From assembly GCA_050951805.1 (NCBI GenBank), contig JBMNJT010000004.1:128001-192000 (forward strand): a stretch of 64,000 bases of DNA, given 5' to 3'. The position numbers were made by a program, and so were the translations under genes. This document shows, piece after piece, positions 28,635 to 38,507 of the stretch (position 1 is the first letter of the stretch; each line of letters starts with the position of its first letter). The stretch comes from Bacillota bacterium (GTDB taxonomy: Bacteria > Bacillota > DTU025). Below the pieces are notes generated by a model, which ran no database searches, was not told the DNA's origin, and saw only the letters and a program-made list of their open reading frames with translations.

Positions 28635-29192
28635 TCAGCCAGCGTTTCCGCTCATCAGCTCCTCGAGTTCCTCAGAGTCTTTGCAGGCATACACGGCCTT
28701 GTAATAGGCCACATCCGCCATGCGGGCGCATTCTGCAAGGGTTATCTTTCGGCCGGCAGCCGCAAGTTCTCTGGCGGCTTCGAGTATCTTCTCTCTCGTC
28801 TGTTCTTTGGGCACTCTCTCATACTTCCCTCGCGGTTTCGACGGGGTCGCAGCGCGTCCCCCAGTTCCCGGACCCGCGGTGCCGATGGCTGAAACCTGTG
28901 AGGCAGGGAGGCTGGGTGTGGGAAATGATGTGACTGCCAATCCTTCCTGAGGTTCGATTCTCTTCAGAAGCTCGAGAAGAGCCCTGTCTGTTCTGCTGGC
29001 CAAGGCCGCAAGGTCGCGGCGGACTAAGTCGAGGGATGCCACAACGGTGGCCAGCTGCTCTCCGATTCGCCTTTCCAGACCTACGGGATCGGCAAGGGCA
29101 GGCGAAGTCCTTGCGCCCGACAAGATGTCGAGTAGATTTGAGAATGCTGCTAGAGACTTCTTTCCAATCTCTTCGTAAGTGCCATTGTCCAC
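28635..29192 (-). CDS. Hypothetical protein: coiled coil, low-complexity linker and C-terminal HTH-like domain
   Basis: GAGGAGG RBS before GTG; TREKILEAARELAAAGRKITLAECARMADV looks like an HTH. Confidence 0.65.
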   Translation of the reverse strand: MDNGTYEEIGKKSLAAFSNLLDILSGARTSPALADPVGLERRIGEQLATVVASLDLVRRDLAALASRTDRALLELLKRIEPQEGLAVTSFPTPSLPASQVSAIGTAGPGTGGRAATPSKPRGKYERVPKEQTREKILEAARELAAAGRKITLAECARMADVAYYKAVYACKDSEELEELMSGNAG

Positions 29193-29497
29193 ATTAGAGA
29201 CCTCCTCGTACGACGGTGTTTCTTCTCTACTGCGCTTGAGTGCCGCTTCTTGCACAATAGCGGCATAATAGCGCTGTTTCCCACGAGAGCGCAATTGGGT
29301 TGCACCTCCTGCCATATTATTATTTCCAAACTCGTTCATAATGTGTCATATGGATGGAAGATCGTCTGGATGACGCCTGCCCCGAACCGTGTTGGCTCGG
29401 GAAGGGTTGTCTCAAAGTGTTTATTGCGCCTACAATATACTAGCCGGGGAGAGTCGGCGCTATTCATCTTTATCTTCAGAAGACGGAGGGGTGAAGG

Positions 29498-31324
29498 GTG
29501 AAAGCGGAGATCAATCTGCCTTCGACAGCGGTGGTTTTGAGCCTTGATCCACGGCTCGAGGCTTCAATCCGGGTTGCTGTGTCATTGCGCAGAGAGCCCT
29601 TTCCTTCAGACGCGGATATGAGAATCATAACTTGCAGTACTCGGGCAGGGGCTGCGGAAGCCTTGGCCCGATATGTGGGGCAGCCCGTTCTCTCCATTGT
29701 CCTTGTTGACGTGTCGCCTGGAGGCGGCTTTACCCTGGATGACGTTACCCTCATGGCGCGGCAGTTTCCTACGATTCCGGTGGTGGCTGTTGTGCCTCGC
29801 AACAAGGAGGACTTGGAGTATGAGGCGCTTCGCGCCGGGGCGTGCGACTACTTGATAAAAGGGGTCATCACTCCGAGCATATTCGCGAGGATGACAAGGA
29901 GCGCAGAAAACTACTGGTCTGCAAAGAGCCTGGCCTTTGAGGGACTAGAAAAGGCCAAGACCTTGGCGCAAGCGATTCCCATAGCTCTGATGCTCGTTGA
30001 TGATCGGGGTATCGTGATAGGTGGCTGGAACCCGGCGGCTGAAGAGGTGTTTGGCGTTGCGAGAAGGGACGCTCTCGGCAGACCGATGCCTGCGGTGAAA
30101 TGGACTGGCAAGGAAGAGACTGCAGCCATTCTGGCGAGGGCTGTTGCCGGCGACTCCATATCTGGAATCGAGGTCCAGTGTCGGCGCGCGGACGGGGAAT
30201 TGATAGATGCAATTGCCTTCTTTACCGCGCTTTACGAGGGGGACGAGCTCAAGGGCATACTGGCTCTTTTTGAGGATATCACCCAACGAAAGCGGGCGGA
30301 GAACGCGCTGCGCGACAGCGAGGTGCGGTTCAGGGGAGTTTTCGAGGGAAGCCAGCTTGGGATGGCGATTGCGGACACAAATATGCGGATTATCCACGCA
30401 AACCCCGCTCTTGGGGAGCTGTTCGGATGTCTGCCGGAGGACTTGGCCGGGGTCATGGCAGAAGAACTGATCCACCCGGACGATGAAGCGGATATTGCGT
30501 CGCGTGTGAGCAGGCTTCTGCGGGACAGGATAAGCTTTTTTACAGCGGAGAGCCGGTATGTGAGGATGGACGGCACGGTCTTTGTAGGCAGGTTGCTTGC
30601 GACTCTGTTCAGCGTCAGCCTGGAAGGGCCGCACTATGTCCTTTTTGCTCTGGAGGACATTACATTGCGCAAGATAGCCCAAGATCAGCTCGAGGCCAGC
30701 CTGGTCAAGCTCGCGCAGACTACGGAGGGAGCCATCCATGCAATGTCGCGGGTTGTGGAGATGCGCGACCCTTATACCGCGGGCCATCAGGAACGCGTGG
30801 CTTGCCTGGCACGGCACATCGCAATGGAACTGGGATACCCCAAGGACGCCGTGGACGGGATTTACTTCGGCTCGCTGGTGCATGACATAGGCAAGATCGT
30901 GGTTCCGGGGGAGATACTGACTAAACCGGGCAAACTGAGCCCAATTGAGTTTTCGTTGATCAAGGCCCACCCTGAAGAGGGTTTTAAGGTGGTCAATTCG
31001 ATAGAATTTCCCTGGCCCATTGCGGACATGGTCCTTCAGCATCACGAGAGGCTGGACGGGTCGGGTTATCCAGCCGGCCTAGCCGGGGACGCGATCTGCG
31101 AGGGGGCAAAGATAATTGCAGTTGCCGACGTGGTGGAGGCAATGTCGTCGCACAGGCCTTACAGGCCTTCTTTGGGAATGGATGCAGCATTGGACGAGAT
31201 AGTGAGCAAAAGTGGTATACTGTACGATCCTGAAGTGGTCCAGGCTTGCGTAAATGTAATCGCGGTCCATGGCGACCGCGCTCTCATGGGAACGGTTTCG
31301 GATTTGAATGGAGAAATGCCCTGA
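29498..31324 (+). CDS. REC-like-PAS-PAS-HD-GYP phosphodiesterase
   Basis: ALRAGACDYLIK receiver tail; two PAS domains (WNPAAEEVFG, ANPALGELFG); DPYTAGHQERV, HDIGK and HHERLDGSGYP. Confidence 0.9.
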   Translation: MKAEINLPSTAVVLSLDPRLEASIRVAVSLRREPFPSDADMRIITCSTRAGAAEALARYVGQPVLSIVLVDVSPGGGFTLDDVTLMARQFPTIPVVAVVPRNKEDLEYEALRAGACDYLIKGVITPSIFARMTRSAENYWSAKSLAFEGLEKAKTLAQAIPIALMLVDDRGIVIGGWNPAAEEVFGVARRDALGRPMPAVKWTGKEETAAILARAVAGDSISGIEVQCRRADGELIDAIAFFTALYEGDELKGILALFEDITQRKRAENALRDSEVRFRGVFEGSQLGMAIADTNMRIIHANPALGELFGCLPEDLAGVMAEELIHPDDEADIASRVSRLLRDRISFFTAESRYVRMDGTVFVGRLLATLFSVSLEGPHYVLFALEDITLRKIAQDQLEASLVKLAQTTEGAIHAMSRVVEMRDPYTAGHQERVACLARHIAMELGYPKDAVDGIYFGSLVHDIGKIVVPGEILTKPGKLSPIEFSLIKAHPEEGFKVVNSIEFPWPIADMVLQHHERLDGSGYPAGLAGDAICEGAKIIAVADVVEAMSSHRPYRPSLGMDAALDEIVSKSGILYDPEVVQACVNVIAVHGDRALMGTVSDLNGEMP

Positions 31325-31342
31325 GCTGTCAGGGCATTTCTC
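31311..31342. terminator. Hairpin between convergent genes (likely terminator)
   Basis: GAGAAATGCCCTGA-GCTG-TCAGGGCATTTCTC perfect 14-bp stem; identical copy at 33375-33406. Confidence 0.75.
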
Positions 31343-31349
31343 ATGCGAT

Positions 31350-33212
31350 CTATGCTAGCTTGAACCTGGCTGCAAGCTGCTGTAGCCTTGCTGCCATGTC
31401 GGCAAGGGAATGGGAAGCAGAGGACATCTGCTGCAGCGAAGCGGTGATTTGCTCCGTTGAGGCCGCCACTTCCTCTACTGAAGCCGCGTTTTCTTCGGAT
31501 ATGGCAGCTACGTTTTCGATAGCTTTTTGCACTTGTTGTATGCTCGCTGCCATCTGCTGGGATGCCGCGGCGTTCTCGTCAGCCACTGCTACAACTTCTA
31601 CAGTGGCCTCGTTCACATCGCTCGCTCCCTCCATCAAGCTGTTGCTAGATTCGACTACTGAATGCGCAAGCTCTAGGTTGTTCGCGGCGTGGTTGCTTAT
31701 GTTATGCAAAACCTCTGTGGATTCGATTACCAGTGGAAGGCTCTCTTCTACGAGATCGTTTGTGCCTCTGATGGCCGATGCCACTTTGCCTACTTCTGCC
31801 AATGTTTGCTCGATCAGTCCCGAGATGACCTTCGTTTCATTTAGCGAGCCCTCTGCGAGTTTCCGCACTTCGTCCGCTACCACCGCAAAACCGCGGCCCT
31901 GTTCGCCGGCGCGCGCCGCTTCTATGGCGGCGTTGAGAGCCAGAAGATTGGTCTGATCCGCGATATCCTCTATTACCTGCACCACCTGGACCATCTGGCG
32001 CGAACTTGCCTCTAGGTCTGCCGCCGCCTGCTCCACTTCGTTTGACGAGTTCTTTATCCTTTCCATGCTGGCGGCTACTTGGGCGACTGACCGGTCTCCC
32101 TTTTCGGCCTCTTTTGCTGTGGCATTTATGGCTTCTTCCATTTTCATAACGAAGTCATTTACATGGTCGAGCTCTTGCCCCATTTGGGCTATGAGGCGGG
32201 ATACGTTCTGCAATTGCTGCGTTTGCTGGCCCGCTCCATCGGCTATCTGCTCGATTGCTGCAGCCACCTGCTGCGCGCCTGCGGCGGTCTCGCCGGCATT
32301 GGCGCTCTGTTGCTCGGCCCCTGAGGCCATCTCCTGGATTGCCGCGGAAATCTGCTGGGCAGCGTGGGCCGATTCCTCTCCGGATGCGGAGAGCTCTTCG
32401 CTGGTGCTCGCAACCTGCTCAGCTTCGTTTTGCATTTCGCTCAGCAAATTGGTTAGGTTTTCAACCATTTTCCTGGTGGATGTGGCAAGGTCTGCTATTT
32501 CGTCGCCTGTGTTGAGGATCGGCACTGAGACTGTGAGGTCTCCCTGGGCTACCGACTCCGCGGCGACCTGGATTGTCTTCACCGGTTTGGTGATGTTGCG
32601 GTTGAGGAGAATTGTCATGATAACCGCTATTGCTATGTTGGCTATCATGCCGACTAAGGAGATTAGATCGTTTATTCTGCTCGCGGACTCTGCTTTGGCA
32701 ATTGACTGTCTGTTCTGATCCTGTATGAGCTGGATCCAATTATGGATTGTCTGGTCAAGTTCGTCTATGAGGAATACTTCTCTTTCTTCGATCAAAGCAT
32801 AGGCCTCATCCATCATTTCGAATTCGACAAAGACGGAAATATCGTCTGCGAAGCTGTTGTAACGATTATTTATGTCGGTTAGGAGCTCCAACGCTCGCTG
32901 AGATTCCTTATCTTCGCACAGCGGCTGCATTTCATCGAAGAGCTGTAGAACGTCGTCATCTATGGTGTAGAACTTGACGATGGTGGCCGGGTCGCCTGTC
33001 ATTACGTAGCCGCGCAAGGCTATGCCTTTTTCCAAGATCTCGCTTCGAACTTTCCAAACTATCGTTTCTAGGGGAAGATTTTGCTCAACAAGGTTTGCGT
33101 AGTGCTTCGTCGTTACCCTGTCAGTGTAGATGTTCGCCATGCTCATGATTAGCATGACCAAGAGGACGATTATGTAGGAAAAGATGATCTTGCCTCGTAT
33201 TTTGAACTTCAT
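31350..33212 (-). CDS. Methyl-accepting chemotaxis protein 1
   Basis: TM-helical sensor-TM-HAMP layout; [37 protein letters not shown]. Confidence 0.93.
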   Translation of the reverse strand: MKFKIRGKIIFSYIIVLLVMLIMSMANIYTDRVTTKHYANLVEQNLPLETIVWKVRSEILEKGIALRGYVMTGDPATIVKFYTIDDDVLQLFDEMQPLCEDKESQRALELLTDINNRYNSFADDISVFVEFEMMDEAYALIEEREVFLIDELDQTIHNWIQLIQDQNRQSIAKAESASRINDLISLVGMIANIAIAVIMTILLNRNITKPVKTIQVAAESVAQGDLTVSVPILNTGDEIADLATSTRKMVENLTNLLSEMQNEAEQVASTSEELSASGEESAHAAQQISAAIQEMASGAEQQSANAGETAAGAQQVAAAIEQIADGAGQQTQQLQNVSRLIAQMGQELDHVNDFVMKMEEAINATAKEAEKGDRSVAQVAASMERIKNSSNEVEQAAADLEASSRQMVQVVQVIEDIADQTNLLALNAAIEAARAGEQGRGFAVVADEVRKLAEGSLNETKVISGLIEQTLAEVGKVASAIRGTNDLVEESLPLVIESTEVLHNISNHAANNLELAHSVVESSNSLMEGASDVNEATVEVVAVADENAAASQQMAASIQQVQKAIENVAAISEENAASVEEVAASTEQITASLQQMSSASHSLADMAARLQQLAARFKLA

Positions 33213-33246
33213 AGCCTGGCCTCCCATTACTTCCTGCATATTAATT

Positions 33247-33273
33247 ATATCGACAGGAATGAGGGAAATATTA
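33247..33273 (-). promoter_or_regulatory. Sigma28 (SigD/FliA)-like promoter of MCP1
   Basis: TAAT-N15-GTCGATAT on the minus strand. Confidence 0.6.
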
Positions 33274-33374
33274 GGGAGGAAGACGCTCATGAGAAGAATC
33301 CGGCTTTTTGTGTGGATTGGCATAGTCTCGGAGGCCCTTTAGCAGAACCGAGAGAAGTAGTCACAATAGGAAAT

Positions 33375-33406
33375 GAGAAATGCCCTGAGCTGTCAGGGCA
33401 TTTCTC
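33375..33406 (-). terminator. Hairpin downstream of MCP2
   Basis: Identical to 31311-31342. Confidence 0.7.
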
Positions 33407-33414
33407 GATTCGAT

Positions 33415-35277
33415 CTATGCAAGCTTGAACCTGGCTGCAAGCTGCTGTAGCCTTGCTGCCATGTCGGCAAGGGAATGGGAAGCGGAGGACATCTGCTGCA
33501 ACGAAGCGGTGACTTGTTCTGTCGAGGCTGCTACCTCCTCTACTGAAGCCGCGTTTTCTTCGGATATGGCAGCTACGTTTTCGATGGCCTTCTGCATTTG
33601 CTGTATACTCGCTGCCATCTGCTGGGATGCCGCGGCGTTCTCGTCAGCCACTGCTACAACTTCTACAGTGGCCTCGTTCACATCGCTCGCTCCCTCCATC
33701 AAGCTGTTGCTAGATTCGACTACTGAATGCGCAAGCTCTAGGTTGTTCGCGGCGTGGTTGCTTATGTTATGCAAAACCTCTGTGGATTCGATTACCAGTG
33801 GAAGGCTCTCTTCTACGAGATCGTTTGTGCCTCTGATGGCCGATGCCACTTTGCCTACTTCTGCCAATGTTTGCTCGATCAGTCCCGAGATGACCTTCGT
33901 TTCATTTAGCGAGCCCTCTGCGAGTTTCCGCACTTCGTCCGCTACCACCGCAAAACCGCGGCCCTGTTCGCCGGCGCGCGCCGCTTCTATGGCGGCGTTG
34001 AGAGCCAGAAGATTGGTCTGATCCGCGATATCCTCTATTACCTGCACCACCTGGACCATCTGGCGCGAACTTGCCTCTAGGTCTGCCGCCGCCTGCTCCA
34101 CTTCGTTTGACGAGTTCTTTATCCTTTCCATGCTGGCGGCTACTTGGGCGACTGACCGGTCTCCCTTTTCGGCCTCTTTTGCTGTGGCATTTATGGCTTC
34201 TTCCATTTTCATAACGAAGTCATTTACATGGTCGAGCTCTTGCCCCATTTGGGCTATGAGGCGGGATACGTTCTGCAATTGCTGCGTTTGCTGGCCCGCT
34301 CCATCGGCTATCTGCTCGATTGCTGCAGCCACCTGCTGCGCGCCTGCGGCGGTCTCGCCGGCATTGGCGCTCTGTTGCTCGGCCCCTGAGGCCATCTCCT
34401 GGATTGCCGCGGAAATCTGCTGGGCAGCGTGGGCCGATTCCTCTCCGGATGCGGAGAGCTCTTCGCTGGTGCTCGCAACCTGCTCAGCTTCGTTTTGCAT
34501 TTCGCTCAGCAAATTGGTTAGGTTTTCAACCATTTTCCTGGTGGATGTAGCAAGGTCGGCTATTTCGTCGCCTGTGTTGAGGATCGGCACTGAGACTGTG
34601 AGGTCTCCCTGGGCTACCGCGTCCGCGGCGACCTGGATTGTTTTCACCGGTTTAGTGATGTTGCGGTTGAGGAAAATTGTCATGATAACCGCTATCGCTA
34701 TGTTGGCTATCATGCCGACTAAGGAAAATAGATCCTTTGATTGGCCGGTTGCCTTGGCTGTGTTTACCCAATTGTCATTCAGGCCCTCAATGAACTCGAC
34801 CCACTCAGCGATGACATCGTCAACTTGTCCGAGGATCAAAGCGCCTTCATCAGCCATCAATGCGGTTGCCTCTTCTGTCATCCCAAGCTGAACAAGGTGT
34901 GAGATGTCTTCGGCGAGCAAATCATAGCGGTCGTTAATTTCGGCCAATAGCTCCAACGACTGCAATGATTTGCCAGCCTGGCTCAGCATGCGGGCCTTAT
35001 CCATGCTCTGCTCAACGTTCTCATCGAGCAGATGGAATCTTTCGATTTCTGCGGGATTGCCCGAGAGTATGTAACCGCGCAGGGCCAGCCCTTTTTCCAA
35101 AAGCTCGCTGCGAAGCCTGTATATTATGGTCTCTCCGGGCAAGCTCCGCTCGATCAGGTTCATATATTCGTTCGTTATCTTACGATCAGCTTGAATGCCG
35201 AGTATGCTTATGGCAGCCATGACTAAAAGGACGACTGTGTACGACAGTACGATCTTCCCACCTATCTTGAGCTTCAT
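33415..35277 (-). CDS. Methyl-accepting chemotaxis protein 2
   Basis: Same architecture as MCP1; AGGAGG RBS. Confidence 0.93.
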   Translation of the reverse strand: MKLKIGGKIVLSYTVVLLVMAAISILGIQADRKITNEYMNLIERSLPGETIIYRLRSELLEKGLALRGYILSGNPAEIERFHLLDENVEQSMDKARMLSQAGKSLQSLELLAEINDRYDLLAEDISHLVQLGMTEEATALMADEGALILGQVDDVIAEWVEFIEGLNDNWVNTAKATGQSKDLFSLVGMIANIAIAVIMTIFLNRNITKPVKTIQVAADAVAQGDLTVSVPILNTGDEIADLATSTRKMVENLTNLLSEMQNEAEQVASTSEELSASGEESAHAAQQISAAIQEMASGAEQQSANAGETAAGAQQVAAAIEQIADGAGQQTQQLQNVSRLIAQMGQELDHVNDFVMKMEEAINATAKEAEKGDRSVAQVAASMERIKNSSNEVEQAAADLEASSRQMVQVVQVIEDIADQTNLLALNAAIEAARAGEQGRGFAVVADEVRKLAEGSLNETKVISGLIEQTLAEVGKVASAIRGTNDLVEESLPLVIESTEVLHNISNHAANNLELAHSVVESSNSLMEGASDVNEATVEVVAVADENAAASQQMAASIQQMQKAIENVAAISEENAASVEEVAASTEQVTASLQQMSSASHSLADMAARLQQLAARFKLA

Positions 35278-35309
35278 TGGCCTACCTCCTGTTGCGTCAT
35301 GCAATAATC

Positions 35310-35397
35310 TTATCGGCAAACGCAAGCACCGATATTAGGTACGACATCAAAATTTTCGATATAATTTGATATAGACTGACACGGTTTATGCCGATAT
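35310..35397. promoter_or_regulatory. Divergent sigma28-like promoters
   Basis: GCCGATAA on the minus strand (35310-35317) and GCCGATAT on the plus strand (35390-35397). Confidence 0.6.
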
Positions 35398-35460
35398 AGA
35401 TAATGGGGCATTGGCATCGCTCATCTACCAAACCTGCGGTAAGGTGGGGAGGTACCAAAC

Positions 35461-37673
35461 GTGGGGAAGATTAATGTTTCAAGTCTGCGCAACCGTTTCG
35501 CGCTTGTTCTCATAATTGTCCTTTTGCCGTGGATTGTAGTGAATGTCAGAAACAATCTAGCTGAACAAGAGGAATTGATGAGGGATGCAGAAGAGCGAAG
35601 CCTGAAGCTTCTTGACTATCTCGACGAAACAGAGCGTCTCAATCTGAGGAGCATCATGAGGATCATCGAAACCGCGCTGCTGGGCAGAGATGGGCAGGAT
35701 GGGGGCCACGTTGACCTTATGAAGGTTCAGATGCTTGTCGATGTATTTGGATGCGAATTGCCGGTAGCAATAACGGATTTTGGAGGCAATGTGTTGGCGT
35801 CCTCTTTTCCCTTGGACAATGAAGAGCTTGTGCGTGAAAACCCGCAGGTTCGCGCCGCCGCCGATACAGGCAAGATCTCGTTCGGCAGCTTCCAAGGGAT
35901 TCTCGGCCCTGATAAGTATGGGGTCGTAGTGGCCTATCCCGTGATTGATCCGAGCTATGGCATCCGCTCAATCATAGTAGGTTTCGTAGATGAAGAAAGA
36001 TTGGCCGATCCCATTGCGCGAGTCTCGAGCTACCGGCAGACGCTGTTTTCGAGGTGGCTGACCTGGACGGGAACGTGGTCGCGCGCTATTCTCGTGCAAA
36101 AGAGGATATGAGGCGTGGCGAAGCTATGGAACAAGCGATGCTTAAATCCGGGGCAGCGGAAATCAGCGAAAGAAGCCGCAGTGGGTTCATGAAGTTGGAG
36201 GATGGCTCAATGCAGCTCGTTGCAGAAAAGATAATAGTTGATCCCTGCGGCAGGCCAACGCTGCGCGTCGCCGTTACAACTCCGGCTGCCTCTTCTCTTT
36301 CTCGCATGAATGACCATATCTTGCGCGACCTGAAAGCGCTTTTGGTGGTAGCTGCGATCATCACCCCTGTTCTGTGGGGCATATTCCGTGCAGAAGTAGT
36401 GGTGCCTGTAGAAAAATTGGCGAACTTAGCCAGTCGGCTAGCACAAGGAGAATTCGGAATCAGGCACGGCGAGCCTTACCGCCGTGGGGAACTTGGGCTT
36501 CTTGCGAGGACTCTTGACCAGATGTCAACAGCATTGGAGAGACGCGCAAATGAACTCATCTATCTCAGCCATCACGATTCGTTGACCGGTGCCTATAATC
36601 GAACCTACATCGAAAGCATCGAAGAGGATTTGAACGCTGAGGACAAGCTTCCTACTACAGTGATTGTGGGCGACATAAACGGGCTAAAGAGGATAAACGA
36701 TATTTACGGGCATTCAGTCGGCGATGAGGTTGTGATTGCGGCCGGGAACATCTTTCGCGAATATGTTGGAGAGAAGGGAATCGTAGCTAGGTGGGCAGGG
36801 GACGAGTTCATTGCCATTTTACCAAACACCGACTGGAAAGAGGGCCTGGCAGTGTGCAGGGAGATCAGTCATTCCTGCAGCCAGATGGAGCCTGATCCAG
36901 TAGCGCCCAACATAGCCTTGGGGGTTGCCACACGCGCCACACTCGAGCAGAGTTTGAGAGACACGTGGATTGCGGCTGAGGACCGGATGTACACAAACAA
37001 GCTTGCAGGATCAACATCTGGCAGAGGAAGGTTGCTCCATTCGCTGAGGCAAGCATTGGCTGAAAGCACACATGAGACGCAGCAGCATTCAAGCAGATTG
37101 CATTTTCTCGCCACTGAACTGGGGAAAGTTATGGGGCTTTCTGCAGGTGCCCTCGATGATCTAGCGCTGCTCGCGGACTTCCACGACATAGGGAAGATCG
37201 GGATTCCAGATGCTATACTTCAGAAGCCCGGTCCGCTCACGCCTCCGGAGTGGGATATGATGATGGCGCACCCTGAGATAGGGGCGAGGATTGTTGGTGG
37301 ATGCTACGAACTAGAGCATATCGCAGACGCCATCTTATCCCATCACGAAAGGTGGGATGGCACGGGATATCCTAATGGGCTTGCGGGGGATGAAATTCCT
37401 CTGATCTCGCGGATCCTTGCAATTGTTGATGCCTATGATGCCATGACCAGTGACCGTCCTTATCGTACAGCGATGAGCAGGGAAGAGGCGCTTGAGGAGA
37501 TACAGAGGTGTTCGGGAACGCAGTTCGACCCGAATTTAGTTGAGGTATTTGTGAAGATGATGGAAGAGATCGACTTGAAGGAGGAATACGAGAAGAACTG
37601 GTTTGAAGGAGACCCATACTGGCTGTGCACAACGTTTGACGAGTCCAAGCTTATTGGCGACGGTGATTCTTGA
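35461..37673 (+). pseudogene. Sensor-HAMP-GGDEF-HD-GYP protein, frameshifted near 36025
   Basis: Two ORFs (35461-36111 and 36054-37673) join on removing a duplicated TC; RWAGDEF, HDIGK and HHERWDGTGYP. Confidence 0.82.
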
Positions 37674-37724
37674 TCAGATCCTATTGCTTTGCTGTGTTAC
37701 CTTATCCGGCAGTGTGACGTCGGT

Positions 37725-37753
37725 TTGACGAATTGCTGTTCACGTGATATCAT
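37725..37753 (+). promoter_or_regulatory. SigA-type promoter of tRNA-Glu
   Basis: TTGACG-N17-TATCAT with an extended TG. Confidence 0.6.
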
Positions 37754-37804
37754 AGCTGAGCAAAAGACTTATGCGTTAAGTTAAGATTTGCCATATATGT
37801 TTGC

Positions 37805-37880
37805 GCTCCCATGGTCTAGTGGCCTAGGACATCGCCCTTTCAAGGCGGTAACACGGGTTCGAATCCCGTTGGGAGCGCCA
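37805..37880 (+). tRNA. tRNA-Glu(TTC)
   Basis: Cloverleaf with GCTCCCA/TGGGAGC acceptor stem, anticodon loop CTTTCAA, GGTTCGAATCC and encoded CCA. Confidence 0.97.
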
Positions 37881-38302
37881 TTATTATGCCCTTTTTTCAT
37901 CTCTCCTTGGCCGTATGAGGAATGTCGGATCATCCTCGGGCTTCTCCTCTGCCTTTTCCCTGTGTTCAAGCGGGGCAACCTGCTACTGAGCCGTTGTGAC
38001 GCCATATGACCCTCTTATCGGCAGATTCACTCAAACACTGTCAATTGTTGATTGCGGCGTGCACAGCACCGCCAGGGAGATTACGCTTCGTTCAACCTTG
38101 TTCTGGGACAGGCCGCTGACTATAGGGAACGAGTCTGGTTGGCATCGGCGCTTTCATCGCAAAGAATATCTGCTCCATTCCGGCGTTTGCGCGTTTATGT
38201 GCACAAGAGCGATTCCGCCAGAAGATCTCATGTGACAGGAAGAGCTCGTGCACGGCATGTGCAGGTTTTGCTTCTGCGGGCAGAAACAGTCAACGAGGAT
38301 AT

Positions 38303-38421
38303 TTGATAGAGTTCGCAAGTGTAGTATAATAAGTTCTGGAAAGACACACATTTTTTATTTGACATCAGTGGGCAGAAGCTCTCCGAGGTTGGCTCAACGG
38401 ATTGCCGATATGTGCCGATAT
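38303..38421 (+). promoter_or_regulatory. SigA-like and sigma28-like promoters of the second GGDEF/HD-GYP gene
   Basis: TTGATA-N16-TATAAT (38303-38330); tandem GCCGATAT at 38404 and 38414, the second with CAAC 15 nt upstream. Confidence 0.55.
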
Positions 38422-38507
38422 ATACAAATGGGCCCACAAATTGTACCGAATGCGTCGATTACCCTTCTTGAGCATGGCCAATGATCTGGAAGGAGAAGAA
38501 ACCTGCT

